Shown here piece after piece: positions 56,127-64,000 of a stretch of 64,000 nt of DNA. A program made the position numbers and the translations under genes. Under the pieces are notes generated by a model. It was given only the letters and a program-made list of their open reading frames with translations. It had not been told where the DNA came from and made no database searches. Position 1 is the first letter of the stretch. The number at the start of each line of letters is the position of its first letter. The DNA is taken from IMG/VR virus record IMGVR_UViG_3300031758_009617, one strand, 5' to 3'. This stretch comes from an uncultured virus (IMG/VR IMGVR_UViG_3300031758_009617) (lineage: Duplodnaviria > Heunggongvirae > Uroviricota > Caudoviricetes).

Positions 56127-56462
56127 TCACACACTAGACAATAGCTCATCTACCGCCTTTTTTCTATTGATAATGGATAGTAAAACATATCCTGATACAA
56201 GATTTTCAAGTATATCTTCAAACATTTCAACGGTATGTTCTTCGTTATCTATATTGAATTCTCTGAACAGCTTTTCATAAAACTTCATGGAAATGTTTGC
56301 TTCTTTTTCAATTCGCTTCGTTTCTTCTTCTGTCCAACTTTCCCAATTAATGGAATATTCATTCGCCATACTTTCGCCGACAGACTTCACGAAGTCTAGA
56401 TTTTTCTTAATCATATTTTTAGTTATATCGGGTCTGACGCTTCCAACGTAGTGCCCGTTCAA
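56127..56462 (-). CDS. Hypothetical protein
   Basis: ORF track. Confidence 0.45.
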   Translation of the reverse strand: MNGHYVGSVRPDITKNMIKKNLDFVKSVGESMANEYSINWESWTEEETKRIEKEANISMKFYEKLFREFNIDNEEHTVEMFEDILENLVSGYVLLSIINRKKAVDELLSSV

Positions 56463-56751
56463 ACTCCGCCTTCTTCACTTCCCAAAGTTGTTTTACATCA
56501 GGATTTGTAGCGTTAGAAATCATCATGTTGATGTTGTTCAATACCCGTTCGTCGCGCAGAATGTCTTCCATAGAATCTCCTTGACAAATAATTTCTGAGG
56601 GGCAGTCAATAACATCATCTTTATCGGGTTCTTGTAGAACCACAGTGTCCACCTGTTTAAAGAACTTGGCCGGTGAGAGCATCATGTATGTAAAGGCCAT
56701 TGCCGTAGGAATGTGATACCAATTACCCATAATGCTCTTCACCGTGTCCAT
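56419..56751 (-). CDS. Hypothetical protein
   Basis: ORF track; RBS. Confidence 0.55.
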   Translation of the reverse strand: MDTVKSIMGNWYHIPTAMAFTYMMLSPAKFFKQVDTVVLQEPDKDDVIDCPSEIICQGDSMEDILRDERVLNNINMMISNATNPDVKQLWEVKKAEFERALRWKRQTRYN

Positions 56752-56764
56752 GTTCTACTTTTCC

Positions 56765-57007
56765 TTAGCGGGAAAAGAGAGCGCTGCCAGCCTTGTTATA
56801 GGCTGCGGCGACGATGGCGCGGGATGGGGTTCCCATGCGATAGGTGACACCGTTGCTGTTGCGATTGGTGTACACGCAGAAGCCATCGTTACGAAGGTCG
56901 TTCACGCGAGCACGAAGGTTACGGACGCCGAAACGGCTACGAGCCTGAGCTGCGGTGAGGGTACGACCGGTTGAAAGATACTGGATAAGACGTTCATTCT
57001 GAGTCAT
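56765..57007 (-). CDS. Winged-HTH DNA-binding protein
   Basis: LTAAQARSRFG..NLRARV.DLR..G; YRMGTP. Confidence 0.75.
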   Translation of the reverse strand: MTQNERLIQYLSTGRTLTAAQARSRFGVRNLRARVNDLRNDGFCVYTNRNSNGVTYRMGTPSRAIVAAAYNKAGSALFSR

Positions 57008-57121
57008 GGTAAATCTCCTATTGCCACACAAGTCAAGAATTGTTAGATTGTGGCGGTGCATCTAACAATCATATAATGAAATACGGTTTTCAATTAGGAT
57101 AACCGTAAACCTTTTTATACT

Positions 57122-57445
57122 TTACTTGCTACGCTTCGCCTTCGAAGCCGCCTTAGGCGCAGGCGCCGTCTTGGTCTTAGGGATCAGACGATTGGTGGCA
57201 CGCGCCACCGCCTCCTGCTGTACCTGGTCGAGGCTGAGCGAAGTGGTCTGATTCTGAAGATAGTTGACAGCATCCGCCTTCGTCATCGCCTCGGGAAGAG
57301 CATGCCAAATGATGTTAGTTGCGCCAATCTTCTGAAGCACCTTACTGCGACGAACCTTCTCGACCGCGAAGCGAACCTTCGTGCCGTTGCAGCCCTTGCC
57401 ACCAGTAGAGAAACCAACGAAGTTGACCTTGTCTGAATTACGCAT
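57122..57445 (-). CDS. Basic early protein
   Basis: KVRFA...LPEAMTK; GGAGG RBS; promoter 57489-57517. Confidence 0.7.
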   Translation of the reverse strand: MRNSDKVNFVGFSTGGKGCNGTKVRFAVEKVRRSKVLQKIGATNIIWHALPEAMTKADAVNYLQNQTTSLSLDQVQQEAVARATNRLIPKTKTAPAPKAASKAKRSK

Positions 57446-57796
57446 AATGTAGCCTCCTGAGAAAGTTAGAGTTTTCACCTACAACTTAAATATACTACAA
57501 GTAGTACCGTTTGTCAAGCCTATGCTAAACTCATTTCACCACTTCCTTCTCCTGATAATGTGGAAAAGTCATAGTATCCTTCTCCGAAACTGGCCAGCCG
57601 GTCTAGATATTCTTGCTCATCTAAATCCACTTCTGCCCAGAATCGTCCGGTTACTGTAACCGCCTCATCCTCAGGGTCCTGCACATTTTGCGTCATTGTC
57701 GAACCCTCGGTTTAGTTTTGAATGTGTTACTCTTTAAATATAACACCATTTGGGGGATTTGTCAAGCCCTCCGCTAAGTGCTTATTTTACAACAAC

Positions 57797-58480
57797 TTAC
57801 ACGGCTTGAAACCCCTGTGCTGAGGGGAGCCAACGCCAGATTTTCCGCATTAATGATTTTTTCAGTCTATCCCAGTCTGTTCCCTTGAAGGCATCTTTAT
57901 AGAACTTGTAACTATACAATTTTCTATGTCCATCAATATGCTTCAAAATGGTTGACGGATTCGACGTTGGATAATATTGATTAATTTCCATGGCGATGTC
58001 ATGGGCATATGCCTCAATCTCACACCATGAACTTAAATATTCTATTTGCTTTAACCGCTTTTTCGACAACTTATCTGAGTGATACACCTTCACTAAACGT
58101 TCCGAGTGTTCTGGACGAAACTCATATTGACTTTTATGGATGAATTCATGTTGAATAATCTGTGACAACATGAACATGAATCCATTGTACCGCGCCCGAG
58201 TAAACGAAAAGGTTTTTCTATTCGACGCAAAGTGAACATTAATCACAATGGGAATACCTGTCGCCTCTGTGTCATAGTACCCCGAAAAGGAATAGTATTG
58301 ACGGGAGTTAGACTTACTCTTTAAATTGTCATCTCGAACCACTTTTCCTTTGGCACCCAGAGGGCGAAGAATTTTATTCATTCTTCTACTTATCTGCGCA
58401 TACGTCAGCTCACTACCAATAATCTCATCGGGTGAAAAATGAGTATTTATTTCTTTGTGTAGCTTACTAGCCAGATACAT
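57797..58480 (-). CDS. Hypothetical protein with HExxH motif
   Basis: HEFIH...EIEAYAH; late promoter 58510. Confidence 0.65.
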   Translation of the reverse strand: MYLASKLHKEINTHFSPDEIIGSELTYAQISRRMNKILRPLGAKGKVVRDDNLKSKSNSRQYYSFSGYYDTEATGIPIVINVHFASNRKTFSFTRARYNGFMFMLSQIIQHEFIHKSQYEFRPEHSERLVKVYHSDKLSKKRLKQIEYLSSWCEIEAYAHDIAMEINQYYPTSNPSTILKHIDGHRKLYSYKFYKDAFKGTDWDRLKKSLMRKIWRWLPSAQGFQAV

Positions 58481-58512
58481 AATTCCCCCTGGGTTAAGAC
58501 ACCACTCTCTAT

Positions 58513-59907
58513 TTATATTTTAATACTTTCAAAGTTTCGTGAGAACGTTTTCGATGTGACAAAATTAGGCTTTGACTCCTGACTTGATGAGGGTGTGTCA
58601 TTTTTCAAAACCATTTTTTGTGCTGACATGTCCAAATCGAACAACTTCATTTTAGCGCGGTCAACGCCAATCACAAATCGCTTATGATGATTAGGATCGG
58701 CATATCTGTTCTTCAATTGTTTTATCATGATTTGATCCAACTTCTGCAAATCTTCTGTGGAAATCAAGGCGAACATGAAGTCGGCTGTTGCCGGCAATCC
58801 AAATGATTCTGATGTGTCAGTCAATTCCACATCACTATTGGAATATCCCGTTCGTGTTGTTTGAGTTGCTGATACGATAGGTACATTGAATTCCACAGCC
58901 AATCCACGAAGTTCTTCTGCAATACCCTTGATGTAAATGTAACTGTTCACGCTCCCAGACATTTTGAAACGACTACTAGCACAAATGTTCAAGTAATCAA
59001 TGAAAATCAAATCCGGACGGAAATCCTTCTTTAAACTCAACTCATTCAACAATGCTCGAAAATGTCCTGCATGTGCTGAAGCTGTAGGATATTCTTTAAT
59101 GATGAGTTTTCCTTCCGTCTTGTTTTTGATACGACTAATTCTGTCATCAAACATTTGCTTCGGAAGATTCTTCAAATCATCCATTGTGACATTCATCAAA
59201 TTGGCGTCAATACGTTCTGCAATCTTTTCTTCCGCCATTTCCATCGTGATGTACAGAACATTTTTCCCTTGACTCAAGGCGCCTGCTGCAACGTGACACA
59301 TGAACAAACTCTTACCTACGCCTGTACCTGCCAGTGCAATGTTCAATGTCTTATTGGACAATCCACCCTTTGTAATCTTGTTGAAAAAATCCAAGTCGAA
59401 AGGAATCTTTTCTTCCACACGATGATAGAAATCATACCGAGTTTCACTATCATCAAGATAATCATGTCCCACACTATTATCAAAACTAATGGCTAAGGCA
59501 TCCTTGAGAATTTCAGGAATGGCATCAGATGTCAGTTTATCATTCTTACCATCAATGATTTGAATGGATTGAACAATGGCGTTATACACCGCCTTGTCCT
59601 TACAAAACGTTTCGGTCTCATTCAATAACCATTCTTTATTCTTCTCAGCATCACTTTGAAATGAATTGACAAGTTCTACAATTCTCTCATACTCATCTTC
59701 ACGAATTGTTTTGTCATTCTGTAATGAGATGTGTACGGCTTCAATTGTGGGGGAAGCGTTATACTCCCCCACAAAAGAATTAATCGTTTGAAACACCTTC
59801 TTTTCAGTTGCATCTATGAAATACTCATCCTTTAAAAAAGGAATAACTTTACGAAGATATGTTTCATCCTTCAGTAGATTGTTCAGTATCACCTGTTCCA
59901 ATTTCAT
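58513..59907 (-). CDS. Replicative helicase (T4 gp41-like)
   Basis: AGTGVGKS, IKEYPT, IDYLNIC, IAEELRG, SESFGLP, QLKNRY. Confidence 0.95.
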   Translation of the reverse strand: MKLEQVILNNLLKDETYLRKVIPFLKDEYFIDATEKKVFQTINSFVGEYNASPTIEAVHISLQNDKTIREDEYERIVELVNSFQSDAEKNKEWLLNETETFCKDKAVYNAIVQSIQIIDGKNDKLTSDAIPEILKDALAISFDNSVGHDYLDDSETRYDFYHRVEEKIPFDLDFFNKITKGGLSNKTLNIALAGTGVGKSLFMCHVAAGALSQGKNVLYITMEMAEEKIAERIDANLMNVTMDDLKNLPKQMFDDRISRIKNKTEGKLIIKEYPTASAHAGHFRALLNELSLKKDFRPDLIFIDYLNICASSRFKMSGSVNSYIYIKGIAEELRGLAVEFNVPIVSATQTTRTGYSNSDVELTDTSESFGLPATADFMFALISTEDLQKLDQIMIKQLKNRYADPNHHKRFVIGVDRAKMKLFDLDMSAQKMVLKNDTPSSSQESKPNFVTSKTFSRNFESIKI

Positions 59908-60202
59908 CTGTTTGCTCCCCGTCAGTGTTTTTAGCCATATCTTCAAGAATCTTGTGTAAAACTAAACCAATTTCAGTTTCAATCTGCTCACGATGTTCTT
60001 CTAAGATAACAAACTCAGGAGTTTCTAACAAGTGATAATCAAACTTAACACGACCATTTCCTTCTTCATCTTCACCTAAAAATTCAACAGGACCAAACAC
60101 AAATGACAATCCCTGGAAGGTGCCTTCATCAATTTCAATATAAAATTCTGCGGTATTACTTTCTTTAAACTTTTCGTTTTTCTGGACAATAAAATTAGGC
60201 AT
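59864..60202 (-). CDS. Probable head vertex assembly chaperone (gp40 position)
   Basis: Synteny uvsX-40-41; size and acidity. Confidence 0.5.
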   Translation of the reverse strand: MPNFIVQKNEKFKESNTAEFYIEIDEGTFQGLSFVFGPVEFLGEDEEGNGRVKFDYHLLETPEFVILEEHREQIETEIGLVLHKILEDMAKNTDGEQTDEIGTGDTEQSTEG

Positions 60203-61244
60203 TGTCATATTCCTCTTGAATGAGTTCATCAGTAAATTCTGCCACTAGGGACGAGTTGGAAATGGCATAATGTGTTTTAATCCAATCTCTGAACGTGCTA
60301 TCCGAAAGAATAGACATCCAGAATTCCCGGGTGTATGTGTCATTTAAGCGATGCTTCTTTTCTTCTCCCTTCTTTTGATACCAACCATTTGCGGGCTTCA
60401 CGACATGTCCAGATTCAAGTGCCACATCCAATAATCCTGACCATGTGCTAATACCCCCTTCAAATGATACCTCAACAGGAATCTTACTCTTTTCACGAAC
60501 AAAGCGAGACTTCTCAACATTGATGATGAAGTTGTATCCCGTGAGACCATCAGCATCCTTCTCTTGCTGACGACCAATGATGAAGATGTTATCGGCTGAG
60601 TAATAGATGCCTGTACCGCCTGATACAATGTCCTTCGGGAACATACCAATTTCCTTGTATGTGTGATTCACAACCACCATGGGAATGTCCTTGATGGTTA
60701 AGTGGGGTGTACACATGCGGAACAGACTCTTGAGCTGCTTGGCTCTGGTCATGTCTGCCACACTCTTTCCTTCCAGTGCATCTTCAACTTCTTTCTTTGA
60801 TGCCAAGTTACCAACAGAATCAACAATGATGATGACATGCTCACCACGTTCAATGTTGTTAATCTGTGACATCATATCATGTTTGAGTTGCTCAATATCG
60901 GTAATCGGTGTGTGGATCACGCGGTCGGTATCAATACCGAAGCTCTTGAAGTATCCCGCGGGTGCGCCAAACTCTGAATCATAGAACAGAATGGCTGCAT
61001 CCTCATATTTTTCCAAATATGACTTCGCAAGAAGCATGGCGAACGCTGTCTTAAAGTGTTTAGAGGGACCTGCGAACACTGTTAAACCAGGCGTAAGACC
61101 ACCATCAAGACGACCCGATAGAGCAACATTAATCATCGGGACAGGGGTTTGAATCATGTCCTTTGCTGAAAAGAATTTACTTTCAGTTAGGATTTCTGTT
61201 TCACGAATTGTGGAATTTTTTCGTAACTTGTTAATTAATGACAT
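60195..61244 (-). CDS. uvsX: RecA-like recombinase
   Basis: AGPSKHFKT, YDSEFG, DSVGNL, DMTRAK, VEKSRFV. Confidence 0.95.
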   Translation of the reverse strand: MSLINKLRKNSTIRETEILTESKFFSAKDMIQTPVPMINVALSGRLDGGLTPGLTVFAGPSKHFKTAFAMLLAKSYLEKYEDAAILFYDSEFGAPAGYFKSFGIDTDRVIHTPITDIEQLKHDMMSQINNIERGEHVIIIVDSVGNLASKKEVEDALEGKSVADMTRAKQLKSLFRMCTPHLTIKDIPMVVVNHTYKEIGMFPKDIVSGGTGIYYSADNIFIIGRQQEKDADGLTGYNFIINVEKSRFVREKSKIPVEVSFEGGISTWSGLLDVALESGHVVKPANGWYQKKGEEKKHRLNDTYTREFWMSILSDSTFRDWIKTHYAISNSSLVAEFTDELIQEEYDNA

Positions 61245-61253
61245 AGCATCTCC

Positions 61254-63764
61254 TTAGAATAAATCATCTAGTGTGGCAATTTTTCGTGTTGACCAACCCA
61301 TACAATCAAGAATGGTTCGCATAGGTTCTAGAAAACTCTTTTCGAACATTGTATTATAATCAACATACTTATGTATGTCAAGTTCTTTTGGTAACGATGT
61401 CACAAATGCAATGCTGTTTTCCTTGATGGGATTGGGTTCCTTCAAATACAAATACTTGATTTTATCACCTTCTTTAATTAGCTCATACTTTCTTTCTAAC
61501 TTCTTCAACTTAATGTGATGATTGTATAACAGTGCACCTCGAACATGCATAGGTGTCGCCTTCTGATATATGGTTGCCTGTGAATGATACTTGGAGAGAT
61601 TGTTGGCACTTCGCGGAAATGCAATCTCCTCAGGCGTCATCTGCATGAATTTCTGTTCAAGGTCAGCAATATACTCTTGAATCTCATCTTGTGTTTTTGT
61701 CAGTGCCATCTTCACTGTGTTTCGAAGATATTCACGGACACTCCCAGGGGTTGAACTACGAACAATTTCAAGCCCCTGCACCTTCAGCTTGGGTTCCTTG
61801 TATCGAACACCTTCACTATCATAGACGTTCAAGGCATAACGCTTCTTTGCCACCCAGATTGCCTTATCAGCAATCACCTCACGTTTGAACTCCATCTTCG
61901 ACACGTATCCATGTGTCACATCCATGATTTCTTCACAGGCGCGAGATAACACCTTACTAATTTTATCCTTACAAAACTTGTCAATCACATCCACAATCTT
62001 GTTCTTATCCAACTGTGAGAAATGTTGTTCAACCAACTTATCCAATGTGATGTAACAACTATCAGTATCGGAATAGAAAGTATACTCCACATTAGTCGTT
62101 CCGCATGTCTTGTTCAGATAATCATTCAATGCTCGACCAATATGTTGAATGATGTATTGTCCTGTCAACGTGATACCTTCGGCAATTCTATCATCATAGA
62201 AACGAAAGTATTGATTTGCCCAGGCACCATATAAACTATTCAACTGAATCTTACGAGCCATTTGAATGTTGTTATATTTGGAAATCAATTTTACCTGTTC
62301 AACATCCTTTGTCTTTTCATATTCCTTCTGTGCCTCAATCATCTTCTTCTTGTAGAACACACGTTCACTGAAAATCTTTTCGACAATTTCTGGGAATAAT
62401 CCTTGATGTGTTTGTGTATAACAATAGCCATTTGCTGCCATTGCCACATTCTTGTCATGGAGCTGACCAACGTGTTCCGTATGTCCTGCCAAAAGTTTTT
62501 CAGGTGTGATGTCTAGTGATGCACCCGTTACCATTGTTTCAGGACTCATGTTATACTGCATGATGATGCTAGGATATAGTGATGCCGCGTCGAAGCTCAC
62601 AACCCAATCATACTTACCCGGCACGGGTTCTTTCACATAGGCACCGGCAATTGTTCTACCTTCGTGATGTTCCTTTTGATGAACAATAATATTCTTTGCC
62701 CACAAATGATTGTGAAGAATACAATCCCAGGTTCGCACCGCCGAGAAGATGTCATTGAAGTTACACTTGGCATCATATGCCATCGTGATAACCAATTCAA
62801 TCAACTTCATCTTATCTTCTAAGGCGTCAACCAGTTCTACGTCAACAACGTTATATTCCACAAACGATTGCCAATCATTTGTATAATGATCCTTGAATGT
62901 TTCATATTCCGTTTCTAGTTTCTTTCTTCCCAATTCCTGCTGTGCGATATAATCGAGCTTATAACTTTCTTGTGCCGAGTATGTAAACTTCTTATACAAG
63001 TCCAAATAATCTAAGCTACTCACACCAAAAATATCAGCCGTGAGAAATTCACGACCATTCATCGTGATGTATCGTTCATTAACAATACGCCATGGCGACA
63101 AATCCTTAATTTTATCCTCACCCAAAACTCTCTTGATACGAACCAGAAGATAAGGCATATCGAATAGCTGTGTGTTCCACCCTGTCACAACATCAGGAGT
63201 TGTGGCTTGCCAGAAACGAAGAAATGTGCTGAGCAAATCTGCTTCATCACGACACTTCACATATTCGAAATTGTTCTTATTGGAAATATGCTTGATGTTT
63301 TCAATGTCAAACTTTTTTGCGCCAAAGGTTGTAATCTTCTTTGTGTTGTTATCTTGTACTGTGATGAGCAAGACTTCCTCGATGGGATTGTCAATACTCG
63401 GAAAGCCATTCTCTGAGGCTGTCTCAATGTCGAGTGAGAAGATGGTGAGCTGACTAATATCATAATCAACCTCAGTAGGATATTTCTCTGTGATGTACTG
63501 ATAGGCAAAAGAAGTGTTACCGAAGATGGGGAAGTTTTCTACTTCCTTATATTTCTTCATGAATTCTTTTGCTTCGTTGATGTCACCAAATTGAATAGGC
63601 TCTAGATTATCACCAAACAAACTTTTATGTTTTGTTTCAGTCTGCGCCTTAATGAACATCGTGGGGCGGAATTCCACCTTGTGGTTGTCACGCTTGCCGT
63701 TTTTAATTTCACGGACAAGAATTCTATTACCATATTGTAATACGTTCGTGTAGAAATTCTTCAT
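61254..63764 (-). CDS. Family B DNA polymerase (T4 gp43-like)
   Basis: DIET, SFDAASLYPS, KIQLNSLYG, YSDTDS, KKRY. Confidence 0.97.
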   Translation of the reverse strand: MKNFYTNVLQYGNRILVREIKNGKRDNHKVEFRPTMFIKAQTETKHKSLFGDNLEPIQFGDINEAKEFMKKYKEVENFPIFGNTSFAYQYITEKYPTEVDYDISQLTIFSLDIETASENGFPSIDNPIEEVLLITVQDNNTKKITTFGAKKFDIENIKHISNKNNFEYVKCRDEADLLSTFLRFWQATTPDVVTGWNTQLFDMPYLLVRIKRVLGEDKIKDLSPWRIVNERYITMNGREFLTADIFGVSSLDYLDLYKKFTYSAQESYKLDYIAQQELGRKKLETEYETFKDHYTNDWQSFVEYNVVDVELVDALEDKMKLIELVITMAYDAKCNFNDIFSAVRTWDCILHNHLWAKNIIVHQKEHHEGRTIAGAYVKEPVPGKYDWVVSFDAASLYPSIIMQYNMSPETMVTGASLDITPEKLLAGHTEHVGQLHDKNVAMAANGYCYTQTHQGLFPEIVEKIFSERVFYKKKMIEAQKEYEKTKDVEQVKLISKYNNIQMARKIQLNSLYGAWANQYFRFYDDRIAEGITLTGQYIIQHIGRALNDYLNKTCGTTNVEYTFYSDTDSCYITLDKLVEQHFSQLDKNKIVDVIDKFCKDKISKVLSRACEEIMDVTHGYVSKMEFKREVIADKAIWVAKKRYALNVYDSEGVRYKEPKLKVQGLEIVRSSTPGSVREYLRNTVKMALTKTQDEIQEYIADLEQKFMQMTPEEIAFPRSANNLSKYHSQATIYQKATPMHVRGALLYNHHIKLKKLERKYELIKEGDKIKYLYLKEPNPIKENSIAFVTSLPKELDIHKYVDYNTMFEKSFLEPMRTILDCMGWSTRKIATLDDLF

Positions 63765-63842
63765 TCAACCTCTCCCGGGTCTTGAATGTTTTTAAGATAT
63801 GTATGAAATATAACATGATGCCACACTTTGTCAAGTAGGCAG

Positions 63843-63868
63843 GAAACCTCCCGTCTCCGAGAGGTTTC
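63843..63868 (-). terminator. Hairpin between upstream gene and the polymerase promoter
   Basis: GAAACCTC...GAGGTTTC inverted repeat. Confidence 0.45.
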
Positions 63869-63874
63869 AATGTG

Positions 63875-64000
63875 TTAGACTAGTTCTAACTTTGGGCGTT
63901 CAGGAAGAACAATACCCTTGCCTGTAATCCTATTGTATTCATTCTTCAATTGGTCGGCTGCTTCATATACCAGCACAACATGTTCACGGGAATATGAAAA
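63875..64000 (-). CDS. 3' end of conserved T4-like protein upstream of gp43 (partial)
   Basis: ...NEYNRITGKGIVLP... Confidence 0.6.
   Translation of the reverse strand, partial: FSYSREHVVLVYEAADQLKNEYNRITGKGIVLPERPKLELV

Noticed and set aside
58513..63764. Introns or inteins in replication genes
   Set aside because: Helicase, UvsX and polymerase are continuous and of normal length

Overview
64-kb segment of a large T4-like myovirus genome; almost all genes lie on the minus strand. The right half carries T4-type core genes: gp43 polymerase, UvsX, gp40-like, gp41 helicase, gp61 primase, ThyX, a frameshifted class II RNR, thioredoxin, RNase H, a GH19 endolysin and virion/internal proteins. The centre (25.8-35.1 kb) holds 26 tRNA genes without encoded CCA, including rare Ser(ACT) and Ile(TAT), interleaved with accessory genes and two unexplained structured RNAs. 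16.6-24.0 kb is an 11-gene operon of mostly secreted/membrane proteins behind a TATAAATA late promoter (CsgG-like, cohesin/dockerin-like, beta-barrel, nuclease, lipase). 8.4-13.9 kb is a GC-rich array of small early genes with near-identical sigma70 promoter cassettes, several leaderless and several with an upstream IHF-like palindrome; next to it is a 12-bp-phased iteron-like array with a DnaA box. The left end has auxiliary metabolic genes (UvsE, sulfotransferase, APS kinase fusion, PurA, IscA). The envelope proteins suggest a Gemmatimonadota-like host (inference). All calls come from reading motifs by eye; no database searches were run.
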